From: Antedon mediterranea
Taxonomy: Eukaryota > Animalia > Echinodermata
Assembly: GCF_964355755.1 (NCBI RefSeq)
Contig: NC_092679.1
Coordinates: 13,003,432-13,067,431 of the forward strand
Direction: 5' to 3'
DNA: 64,000 nucleotides
Positions 51,188-62,620 of the stretch are shown one piece after another. The notes under the pieces are model-generated. The model searched no databases. It had not been told where the DNA came from and saw only the letters and a program-made list of their open reading frames with translations. The position numbers were made by a program, and so were the translations under genes. Each line of letters starts with the position of its first letter. Position 1 is the stretch's first letter.

Positions 51188-54100
51188 CTAAACTAATAAA
51201 TGGTCAATGTGAATATACAAATGACAAAGAAAAAGCCGAAGCTTTTAATTCATTTTTCTCAAATATTGCAAATTCTTTTTCAAATACTCCATTCAATGGC
51301 AATGTTCAACCTTACAATGATTTCCTTCAGGGTAATTTTCCTTCATCATTATTTTTCAAACCTGTATGTGAACAAGAATTAGTAACATACATAAATAATT
51401 TAAAATCAACAGCTCCTGGTTTTGATAACATTGGTCCATGTATACTAAAGATATGTCCATTGGCATTAGCCATACCACTAACATTCATAATGAACATGTC
51501 TTTAGTAAAGGGTGTGGTTCCAAATGCAATGAAAATTGCTAAAGTTGTACCCATCCATAAAGGTGGTGAGGTCTCAAATATCAATAACTATAGGCCCATC
51601 TCCATCTTGCCAACTATTTCTAAACTACTTGAAAGAATAGTTTATGATCAAACTATTTCATTTCTTACAAAGTTTAACATCCTCAGCAATTCTCAGTTTG
51701 GTTTTCGTTCCCAACATTCTACAATACATGCCATCCATCATTCAATCCATAATATTTTGTCTGCTATTGATAATAAACAATTTACTTTAGGAGTTTTTAT
51801 TGACCTGTCAAAGGCTTTTGATTGTATTTCTCATGATATTTTAATTAATAAGTTACGTTTCTATGGTATAAGAGGTATACCACTTAAGTGGTTCGAAAAT
51901 TATTTAAGTAACAGACATCAATATATATCAATCAATGATATTGTCTCTGAGCTGCGGCCAGTTTCGTGTGGTGTTCCACAGGGATCCATCATTGGTCCGC
52001 TTTTATTTCTGTTATTTATTAATGATTTAAATTATATTAGTGATTGTGCTGAAATTGTTATGTTTGCAGATGATACAAGTTTATTTATTAATCATAAGGA
52101 CATCTACCAAGCTATTATTTTAATGAATCAAGAACTTACTAAAATTGCAAACTGGTTAAAATCAAATAAGCTTTCGTTAAATATTAAAAAAACCAAATTT
52201 ATTATTTTTCGTTCAGTTAATAAACTAATCCCCCCCTAAATTATATTACGGCATCAGCGAAATTGAAAGAACTAAAGCAACAACATTTCTTGGCATTTTT
52301 ATTGACGAATACTTATCTTTTATTTCTCATATTAATACAATTTCATTAAAACTATTAAGAGTGGTCGGTGTCCTCAATAAACTTAAACATGCCTTGCCTT
52401 CCTCCGTTTTACTATTAATTTATAAATCACTCTTTTTGCCACATTTAATTTATGGTATAACCGTTTGGGGTTTTACTTCAAAAATTAATTTAAACCGTAT
52501 TTATATTTTGCAAAAAAGAGCTTTAAGATCAGTTTATAATGTTCATTACCTCCACCATTCTGCTCCTCTTTTTGTCTTATCTAATACACTTAATATTTAC
52601 GACTTACTTACAAAAAATGTTGCTTTATTTATGTTTAAATTCAAACATAATCAACTGCCCAGAATTTTTGATACTTATTTTCAAACTTTTAGTTCAGTTC
52701 ATAATTATAATACCAGAAATAAATTTGATTATGCTTGTGATTGTTTTAATACGGAGGTTGGCAAGCATGATATAACTTTTCAAGGACCAAAAATTTGGAA
52801 TTCTTTACCAGATGAAATTAAAATTATTAGGTTATATGCATGATATGCATATAACCTCTTGATTCTGTCAAAATCTTTATTTATTTATTTATTTATTTAT
52901 TTATTCTTTCCTTAGCACTATTTTGTCCGTGCATTATCTTGGCATCAGTTTAATCTAGCTAAGTCAAGTTTTCAGAGTATATTCCTCATGGCCAGGAATC
53001 GATGTGGTTATATTTTCACGATGCGTAATCAAAAATTACGCGGTCTACGCGCGATTTTACGAAATCACGTTTGTAATCATATCTTCACAAGCATGAATCA
53101 CAATTAAACAAAATTTGGTACTCATAAATTTCAGGTCATATTTCATCATATGGCAATAAAATTACGTGCGTAGCGCATATAACGCTTGTGTATGCGCGCT
53201 TAAAATGTTCAAAATTGTCAAAATTTATTTTCGATGAAATTAGAGTACGTTTCAGGCAATTTTAAGCGTTTAAAAAATTGCCATGAGTGCGCAGATTTTT
53301 GCACGCGCACTGCGCGTTATACGTTTATGCGCACTCTTTTTACCCGATTTCTGTTTTACAATCTTTCTTTAATAATATCATCATATTTGATTCAGGTTTC
53401 AACTCGAAATTGCGTTTTACGAGCACGTCAAAAGTGACTGGCTACGCACGTATAAGTTAACAAAATGGTGAAAATATGCTAAATTTTAAAATTAAAATAT
53501 ATCGTCAGAATGCAGGGGAACACCTATTTTTTATTTCATTTTCTTGAAGTGTATGTATCATATGTATGATTTATTATCAAATAAAGAGAACAAAAGTTGA
53601 TTAAGTCATCATTAATTGCATATTATTATTAAATTAAAAAAAAATAATTTCGACAATCAAACAAATTATGACATTTTCTTAGCCCAAAATAACAAACTTA
53701 ACATTAACTTTCTTCCTTCAAAAATTCATATATTAAAGTTAAAAGTATGTAGTTTGACAGTGCATCATTTGTATACATTTTAAAGATGTCATCATAGTAA
53801 AAAATTATAATTCATTTCGGTATGTAATAATCTATTTGCATCAAAGTGGTTACTGCATAGTAAATACACGGAGGAATTTTTCTCCAACTTTTAGTCAGTT
53901 GTGTACGGCTCGGTGTTCTGTGCTCGTGTCTATGGCATTCAAGGTACCGAGATCGAGTCTCACTTTGGGAAACGAAATAAGATTTTTTTTTTATTATCCG
54001 TATTGTTTGTTCAAATTTATTTCTTAGTGTATAGATTATACACATGATTTATAATGAAATCTAGATAAAAATTAACTTATGTCTTTATTATTATGTAACA

Positions 54101-54633
54101 ACAAATGTGGTTTATGACATTATATGCATATGGATCTTTGATCGGATTGTGATACCGGCTATGGTGTTCGCGTTAGCAAGGTCCTATCATATATTATAAA
54201 TAATTAAAGATTCTGAGAAAATCAATCAATCAATATATCTTTTAAAAATCAATTATCTTTATTTAAATCAATGCATATAACCTATAATTCGTCATAGTGA
54301 CGAATTAAATCTAGTTAATTTTATATCTTCATTTAAGTTCAAACTACATGAATACCTTGTTTCTACTATTATTGTTTAAGTTGATCATATATCTGTCTTA
54401 AGTCAAATAATAACTGCATTTGTTAAGTTAAATGTCTTTTTTTGTTCATTATCATATATTATATATATTTCTTACCTTACCTTATTTTTAATTATGTTGC
54501 CAGGACCCCACATTTTAAAGCTTAAGCTTCCAGTGGGGTACCCCTTTTTCTCATTTATTATCTATTATTTTTAGAAAATGTTAACTGTATTTTGTTTTTA
54601 TTTGAGAAATAAAAATTATTGATTGATTGATTG
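51188..54633 (+). mobile_element. 5'-truncated L2/CR1-group LINE (layer 5)
   Basis: KAEAFNSFF, APGFD, NYRPISILP, QFGFR, FIDLSKAFD, GVPQGSIIGP, FADDT, WNSLPDEIK, resuming NFISSFKFKL at 54317; 3'UTR, AATAAA and (ATTG)4 tail 54618-54633. Confidence 0.92.
52827..54314 (+). mobile_element. Non-autonomous Helentron (HINE/DINE-1-like) element (layer 6)
   Basis: 5' subTIR AGGTTATATGCAT 52829-52841 with nearby inverted copy 52845-52857; (TTTA)n 52876-52905; 3' subTIR 54271-54283; hairpin TAATTCGTCA-tag-TGACGAATTA 54285-54307; CTAG-TT end; no clear TSD. Confidence 0.8.
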
Positions 54634-55860
54634 AAAAAATATAAATGTATACCTTCTGATTAATTTAAGACCAAAATTACCTCGTTGTGACCAGTGGTTG
54701 TTGAGATTTAAGGACATATTTATGTTTGGTCTTATGACCTTTCACCTTGACCTTTTGACCTTTCGCCACATTTTCAAAATGTGTAACCAAGCCAAATATG
54801 ATTGTTGGACCACCCTAAACCAATTTCTGAAGTCAAATTCTCTGGACCTCAAAGTGCATACGAAAGTTGATCTAGCTACTAGAGTAACAGTGATGTAAGA
54901 AAATCTTTTAAGAACATGTTACTTACAGTAATTTTTTTTCTCATACGATCCTCCGTTGAAGAGTTACGATTTTTAAATTAACATGGTGTCCTGAAATCCC
55001 CTGAAAACGTTATGTTATTTCTGTTGGTTACGCTTCGTTGCATGGCATTGTTTGTCATTGATCGAAGATGTCTTCCGTTTCGTGAAAAAGGCGTATATGT
55101 AGTTACAACCAGGTGATATCCTCCCTTTGTAAGAATCGGCAATTCATTCGGAAAGCGCAGCGTATTAAAATGTTCATTTAGAAGGCGAGCGCAGAGAGAT
55201 GCATATTCATAATATTCTCCCCTAAAATGGGACGAAATAGGACGCCCTCTCTCGGATTTTCAGAGAAAGTCTTTGGGAAAAATACTTTCGCCACTGTGAA
55301 CAGGTGTGCAAGACCCTTTACAGATGATTGAATCAGGAGTGCGTTAGTGATCTCGAACACCATAAAATGCATTTTTTGTCTGTGCTTCCCCCAGTGTATT
55401 TTCTCTCTACGATCGCGTGTGCCCCCCCGCAAAAATAATCCTGGATCCGCCCCTGCTACATGTTACAATAATAGTAAGAAAACGTACACAGTAATCAGTT
55501 TTAATAATACTCTAGTATTTCAAATGACCTACCTTCTGATTAATAATGGAATGATCCAAATGACCTACCAACCAATCATACAGTATGATGATCCGAGTTT
55601 TCAGATATCTTTTCTAGATCTGAGTTTTCTAGAAACCCCTGACTATTCTATTATATGACATTAAAATGGCATATTCAACAAAAAAAATTAAAATAATTAT
55701 TTTTTCAGGGGGACAATACATTTTTAATATTATATTAAAACATGGAGGTATATTTCTATATTCAGACGAAGTAAAATTAACTAAAAATGAAATCATATAA
55801 TGATTAATTTGAAACATCTGTGATCTAGGCTGCTAGTAGTACTAGAAACGGGCCTACTAG

Positions 55861-57193
55861 GGATTACGGTCGAAGCGGCTGCCAACTAAAGCGGCCGCTA
55901 GTTCAATAACGGTAATCTGTATGGAACGCCGTGTGCGCTTTGATTGTCGTTGTTTTGTAATCTTTGATTGTCATTGTTTCGACAGGTTTTCTTTACCTCG
56001 GACATAAATAACAATCTACATTATTATGTAATTTAATCTCTTTTTTTTTACAGATTGAATGTGATACGCGTACGTTCTTTTAAACGAAATGGCGAATCGA
56101 TGATTACTTTGTTTTAACTGTTGTAAATGATATACATATGTTTAATAAAGTCTATAAAATACATTGTGGTGTTTATATTGATAATAAGAATTATATAAAT
56201 AAATCAATCAATAAAGTATATCAAAATATATAAATATATTAATAATTAAAAATATTTGTTATTGTATATTAATTAATTAGTAAAGTAACTAGTAGTGTTC
56301 GCAATCATAATTTAATTACAATAACATGATGACAGCAATTTATTTAATATCCTACACTATTTTATTACTTCAGATATTAAATATTGATCAATTGAAAATG
56401 AGTTTTAAATACTAAAATAAGATGAAAGTGTCTGTTTGATACGGTAATTAATTACGCGAATTTCTGCTAATAACTCGACTGACGGCCAGCAATAGTGCTG
56501 CTGCACATTAGGTGCGCATCCCATGTTGCTTTATTGAAAACACAAACAATGTATTACAATGGAATAACACTTGAATGTATAACACACCCTATTACTAATA
56601 ATAAAAACGAAGATTCGATAGTACAGTATGTAAATGAGATATAAATATTCGGCAATACCGTACATAAATTATTATTGCAATACTGTATAAAGATTCGATA
56701 GTATGTATTGTAAACAAGATATAAATATTTGGCAATACCGTACGTAAATTATTAATGCAATACTGTATAAAGATTCGATAGTACTGTATGTAAACAAGAT
56801 ATAAATATTTGGCAATACCGTACGTAAATTATTATTTAATGCAATACTGTATAAAGATTCGATTAAGTCTGTAAATGAGATATCAAGATTCGGGAATACC
56901 GTACGTAAATTATTAATGCAATACTGTATAAAGATTCGATAGTATGTAAAAATGAGATATAAAGATTCGGCAATACCGTACGTAAATTATTAATGCAATA
57001 CTGTATAAAGATTCAATAGTACATATGTCAAATGAGATATCAAGATTCGGCAATACCGTACTGTACGTAAATTATTAATGCAATACTGTATAAAGATTCG
57101 ATAGTATGTAAATGAGATATAAATATTCGGCAATACCGTACGTTATATTAAACTGGCGGCCGCTTTGGTTGGCGGCCGCTTCGACCATACTCC
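55861..57193. mobile_element. MULE-like non-autonomous element carrying a minisatellite
   Basis: ~50-bp TIRs GGA(T/G)TA(C/T)GGTCGAAGCGGC.GCCAAC.AAAGCGGCCGC; 9-bp TSD GCCTACTAG (55852-55860, 57194-57202). Confidence 0.88.
56611..57143. repeat. 75-bp-unit minisatellite, 7 units (last partial)
   Basis: Units start 56611, 56691, 56771, 56855, 56932, 57009, 57094 (agattc.at...ggcaataccgtacgtaaattattaatgcaatactgtataa). Confidence 0.92.
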
Positions 57194-57229
57194 GCCTACT
57201 AGTACAGGTAGTGCACATCATACGAATTA

Positions 57230-58491
57230 GGCCAAATAAAAAAACATACTTGTTAAGCGTCACCGCCCGCTCCTGATTGTCCAGCCGCCTCTCTTTTTAT
57301 TTTATTTTTTTTTTTACCGATATACAACGGAAAGTTCAGCGGCCCGGCCCAGCTCCAGAGTAGGGCTCGAAATTCACGCTAGCAAACTAGGATTTTGCTA
57401 GTAGATTCTTCATAATTGCTATTTGAAAATTTCAAAACTAGCAAATGTTTGTTAGGCTAGTGTAATTTTTGAAAAATACGTACTTTTTAGCTTAGACAAC
57501 GCTAGCCGCCGATCGCTCTATGTCGACAACGGCAATTTGGTGAAAACAATTGTTTCATTTACACGCCGCCGATTTACGTCAAGGAAACGCGAATAGCACC
57601 GCGAATCATGTAATGTGGTAAACAGCAAGCTTTTTCCCCAACACATTAAATCATGTGCATTTAGTACGTCGCTGAGGATTACATCATCAGTCACGTGATT
57701 ACAGAATACGCGATTATCAATTTAGGGATTTAACGAAATAAATATTTTGCCTACACAGTGGTCGAAGCGCGTTTTTTTATAGGTTCGTAAATAGGAAACA
57801 CCCCATACATAATGGACTCTACCAATTTTGTTTACGATGATCTCGCGCTCGAGATCGGCACACCACGAGGTCCTGTTGGGCGATGGGTTTCCTTATGCCT
57901 GGTTTACCTGTGGAATAATTACATACACTTTTTGAATCACAACTTTAAATACTGATTTACACAGCAATTGGCAAAGGATTCATCAAAGAAGAATGAATAC
58001 GTTGAATAAAAATTCACTTAAGAAATGCCGTAAGCTGTTTTCAAACTATAAATCAGCCCACTATTTAGTATTATTGAGACCAAATCATGCTTCTCGTGAT
58101 AGGGAATTTCCTGGATAGATGAGTCGAGCGAGAGACGGCGGATGGCCGATGAGTGAGGTGGGGGTAGCAGCTTGGACGGATTAGTTAGCCTAGGGCCTAC
58201 AATTTCGCTTGGTGGCAATTAAATTTAATGTTTTAATTACGTCTGGATATAAACAATACAAAACTCAATTTTGTCATAAGCAATAATATTTCATACATAG
58301 TCAATTTTGTTCTGTTTCGCATTTTAAAAGTTTGACGTTTCGTCCAAAAAAAAGTGGGGCAAAACGTCCACCGCGCAAAAATATACCTCTATAAAAAGTA
58401 AAAAAAAAAAAAAAAAAAAAAACCGTCCCCCCGCCCCTGAAAATTTATGAGGGTGTGACGCGGCTTAACAAGTATATTTTTTTATTTGGCC
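57230..58491. mobile_element. Zator-like non-autonomous DNA transposon
   Basis: TIR GGCCAAATAAAAAAA(C/A)(T)ATACTTGTTAAGC..GTCAC at both ends; 3-bp TTA TSD (57227-57229, 58492-58494); GG termini with TWA TSD are typical of Zator. Confidence 0.75.
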
Positions 58492-59273
58492 TTAGCGCGG
58501 CCACAAAAAATAAAAACCCAAACAATATCAAACGTACGGTAACCGATAATTATATTATATTAAAAAAAAGCGTATTTAAGCGGCGCGCCATACAAAAATT
58601 CCGGATGTTGATATTGCGAACAAAATTAGACGAGATTTCAAGCGCGACCGCTTTTATCTGTCGTTGTCACCGTGCGAAACAGCAGTACCGACGACCTAGA
58701 TGAAGGCCTAGGCTGCTACACCACTAATTAATAATAATATAATCAGCTACGATCGATGAAGACCACTTTGTTGATTTTACATACCTCCTTCTGGACCCCT
58801 CTGAACCATTAAGGAAAAATAATCTTTAGCTTATTGCTTAGAAAAGCATCCAGAACTGATGAGATGATTGCAACAGCCAACAGTGACAATTTGCCATCTT
58901 CGCGTTAGGCCTATTTATTATGGCTGTTTGACTTGCTCCAACCATGCATGAAGCTCAAGGTGGCTCAAGTACATGTTACTTATGAAACGCCATATGTGCC
59001 AAAATATTCATCTATATACTATACTATATCATGGATTAAAGAATAGAAGGATATGCATCGACGTGAGATCAAGGGTTCCTTGACTCTCGCCGACAGACCG
59101 CGGACCGCCCACAATGTTACAGTTTAATTAACCGCATGGCAACAACGAAACGGTCGCGTGCCTAATATATTTTTTACGGCACATGTGCAACGACATTTAA
59201 CCTTGTTGGCTACGCTTCTTTCGCGCGTTCTTTGTTGCACTGTATGTATTCATACATATTTGAACAGTATAAT

Positions 59274-59470
59274 CAGTGGCGTAACGGCTATGTGCGCTTA
59301 CTGGCTAAACCCAAAGGCCCTGAAGCTTGGGGCCCATGAGCAGTGCCCAGAGGAACAGGCATAAAATATGTCGAAAATGCTAAAAACGTCCGAGGCCTCA
59401 ATCTTTGAAACTTGGAGGGCCACTTAGGTTTCCTAAACAAGTGGCTTCAGGCCTCTGCCTCACGCCACTG
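59274..59470. mobile_element. hAT-type MITE (197 bp)
   Basis: TIR CAGTGGCGT...ACGCCACTG; 8-bp TSD AGTATAAT (59266-59273, 59471-59478). Confidence 0.88.
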
Positions 59471-59906
59471 AGTATAATGTTTATTGAAAACAGTTAATAT
59501 TAAATTACATTGTATATTATTAATTGTGAAGACCCTAGTGTAGGCCTACGTCTTCATCAATTAGGCCTACCAGATAAAAACAATATACTATATTGTTATT
59601 GGCTTAGAATTGTAGATGCTATAATTGTAGTATAGGTTTCTGCCGCGATTGATCTACGCTAATGTTTTTATGACAATAAAGTACCATTTTATGACCTGTC
59701 TGTAGTAGTAGCCCTACATCTGAGACAATAACTATTTGTTGTCTCAGCCTACATGTAAAATTACAAAATCAGCAAGGATACTAGGCCCAGGCCTTCTAGG
59801 CTTACTAGTAAACCATATGATTTGCCGACATTGATACTGCCTAGGTAGGCCTAGGCTAATATTAAGTGTAGTAGATACAACGTGTAATCATGATCTATAT
59901 ACTCAC

Positions 59907-60130
59907 CGTTGTCTTTCTTGTGTGAATAATAATAGGCCTAAGGTAGGCCTACTTCGTTTGTTCGTGATTAAGTTTGCCCTGCGTGTACTTTTCAAAACGA
60001 CCGCTAGGTAACGTATCGCAACTATACATAGCCAGCCAATCCCGGATCAGGGATCGCTGTTTTCATTCAATTAGGCCCGGTGATTGGATGTGATGTGGAT
60101 GACATAACCACTAGCCAATCACCAGGCACT
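59907..60130 (-). promoter_or_regulatory. Possible promoter and non-coding first exon
   Basis: Three CCAAT/ATTGG boxes (60036, 60083, 60115) and a strong minus-strand donor CG|GTGAGT at 59907/59906; the DAO first coding exon has an acceptor at 42813, so an upstream exon must exist somewhere. Confidence 0.25.
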
Positions 60131-60449
60131 AAAATTTAAATATAATTACATCGATAATTAAGGAGATTTATGAAGAAACCACTGCTTAGCCATATATTAA
60201 AAACACGATTGTTCTATGTGTGGACACCGGACACGCTAACAACATACATGGTCAAATGCACAATTTAATATTCTATAGATTAACGCAATTTTTAATGACA
60301 GAAGATGGCAGGCAAATAATGATAATTCAAATATAAAAATTGCATATTTTATTAATATTACCAACTACTTAAAATTACCAGTCGTAAGAAAGTGAACTTT
60401 TCGTAGTCCGATTGTAATGAAACTAAAACAGAATTGTTCAGCAATACAT

Positions 60450-61032
60450 TTTTTTTTTCTCTTTTGTGGCGCAAACACCACTTTTATTCACATTCATATT
60501 ATCTCATATTACATAAAATCGTATTATTTAACTTGTAAATGTCGTTACAGTTCATAAGTAAGATTGTTACATATATGAATTCTGTATTACTCCTTTTTTC
60601 ATTAATTTTCTTATATTTTGTTATACACTTGACAGGATCATCATTATCATCTATCCCGTTTTAAAATAGTTCACACATTTTCATTTGTTTGTTTTTATTT
60701 TACAACCCGGATTATACAATATATTTATATACATGATAAAAAAAAACAATAATAGCTCAGTACCACCAGTAACCCGTATCACTGTAATTCTTTTTCTGTT
60801 AATCGTATCAAATTAGAAATTATATTATCATAATCGTGTTTCTTAAAGCTACCCATTTTTCTATACTTGTTTCTTTATTGTTATATGTTTCACATTCAAT
60901 GTTATATAACATATTGCTTTTAAATGAATTCCATAAAGATTTACCCACTGGCTTATTTAGTGCAGATAACATTTGCTAATAGATTATATTTACACTTTTG
61001 CAGCATTTACTATTTATAGAATAAAAATGTTA
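60450..61032 (-). mobile_element. 5'-truncated L1/Tx1-like LINE 3' end
   Basis: 12-bp TSD TCAGCAATACAT (60438-60449, 61033-61044); poly(A) tail (T-run at 60449); AATAAA; ORF end FKSN...IEKW. Confidence 0.75.
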
Positions 61033-62199
61033 TCAGCAATACATCTTTGTTGTCAATTAATCATCGACGCAGACATGTCAATAGAACATTCAGACTGCGC
61101 ATACGATTTCTACATGGTTACGTGTTGGTCTAAAAAAATGTAGCAGTTGATTCGCAGCGTTCTACAGAGGGCCGCGGTTAGAGACACGGAGTTCAATGTT
61201 TGATTGGCAGCAGTGCTTTAGTATAGGCAAGCGCGTTGTAAAATCGTTTGATGTCACCGTCGATGCATAATCCTTCTAATTCTTTAATCCATGCTTGAAT
61301 GTAAAATTATGGAGAATTCTCAAACGGATTCTCTTCGTTATCTTTAGAATTGCGTACAATAAGGTATTTTTCACGATAACAAACTCTTGGTTAACGTGTA
61401 TAAGAAAAACTGTGTAACATCACATGTGGAAACCGGTGTTAATTATCTATTCTGTCTATATACTGAACGAAACTTAGAGTGCTATGACATTTTCAAAGCG
61501 ATTTAGTAATAATATAATATAATCTCCAAAATAATGTAATAGCAAAATAGTTTGATCATAAAGAAAATAATCACGTTAGAAAACATGACACTAGATGCAA
61601 TGCAGTACAAAAAACAATGAAAAGTAATTATGTTGATTCATTACCGATAAAAAACTAATTATTATGTGATATTAAAATCGCATATTCACAAAAATAAATA
61701 TAATGTAGTATGAGTATATCTTTAGGTGTTCTATTGTACTGATAGAGATCCTGTGATGATCTGATAACGGTGCCTTTTTTTTTGTTAGCCTTTATATGTA
61801 TACTTGATTTTGTAACTATGGAAGGTAATCGGAAATAAAATGTAAACTAGCATTAAATGTGATTATAAAAGTGTTAATAATATGATTCAATGATGATGAA
61901 AAAAAACAATGTAAAGGGGTACAAAATAGGTATACACACTAGGGAAGAGAGGAATTTTTCCTGTGTAAACAATGATTTTAAATACAATTGTAAGGAAATG
62001 ATTTGACAAAAAAAGTTTAAAATAAATGAATTTCCGTTGCACCAAAGTTTGTTTGACAGCCGAAGTAATACTGAAGTGAAATGGCGAATAGCTCGAACAA
62101 AGAATAAATTCATCGAAATGAAAAATAAAGTACACTTTAAAACAGAAATAATAATATGGCTAACAAAGTACGACTCAAAAACATACATATGGTCAATTT

Positions 62200-62620
62200 T
62201 ACTGTATGCCTGTATTTGACGGTATTCCCAACGACATTATCTTCGTAAAAATTGGTGGCGTTGCCTTTAATTTTGGTACTCAAATGCTGTTTGTTAAAGT
62301 TAAATGGTACTCCAATGCTTATGGTAAGAGGAATCAAATTTGCAACGGAACAATACAAGGTGGATTGTCTTCCTCATTAATTTCAATTTATTCTATGATA
62401 AAACTAATCAGGGAATTGAATAATCTTAACTGTGGCATTGTTTTTGCACGCCATACTTACCATCCTCCTTACCGTAACCTCATCTTCACTTCAAGAATGA
62501 ATTGATCACGCTAATAAGTATGTTACTGAACACGGATTACGTTTCAATCCTCAGTAAAAGTTATTTAAAAACAAGAACCATCCTGATGGTAGGCCTACTT
62601 GAATAATTATTCCTATTTTT
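62200..62620 (+). mobile_element. RTE-X-like LINE RT fragment
   Basis: FDGIP; VKVKW; ICNGTIQGGLSS; YVTEHGLRFNP. Confidence 0.55.

Larger units (their letters stand above)
50703..54884. mobile_element. TA-flanked TIR element with internal ~310-bp repeats (layer 4)
   Basis: 31-bp TIR CTCTAGTAGCTAGATCAACTTTYGTATGCAC (50703-50733; rc 54854-54884), TA on both sides; internal gggtcaaaggtca/tgaccttgacc repeats. Confidence 0.85.
50540..55097. mobile_element. Long-inverted-repeat element (layer 3)
   Basis: atacgcctttttt cacgaaac..tgacaaacaatgcc.tgcaac.aagcgtaaccaacagaaataacata.cgttttcag (50541-50619) is inverted at 55001-55097; exact ends unclear. Confidence 0.7.
49833..55455. mobile_element. CAGG-terminated DNA element (layer 2)
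   Basis: CAGGCGCGGATTTAAG ... CCTGGATCCGCCCCTG imperfect TIRs; CTACA repeated on both flanks. Confidence 0.55.
49718..55638. mobile_element. MULE-like non-autonomous element (outermost layer of the nested cluster)
   Basis: TIRs GGGT(G/T)TCTAGAAAACTCAGATCT (49718-49740 and rc 55616-55638); 9-bp TSD CTGACTATT (49709-49717, 55639-55647). Confidence 0.85.
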
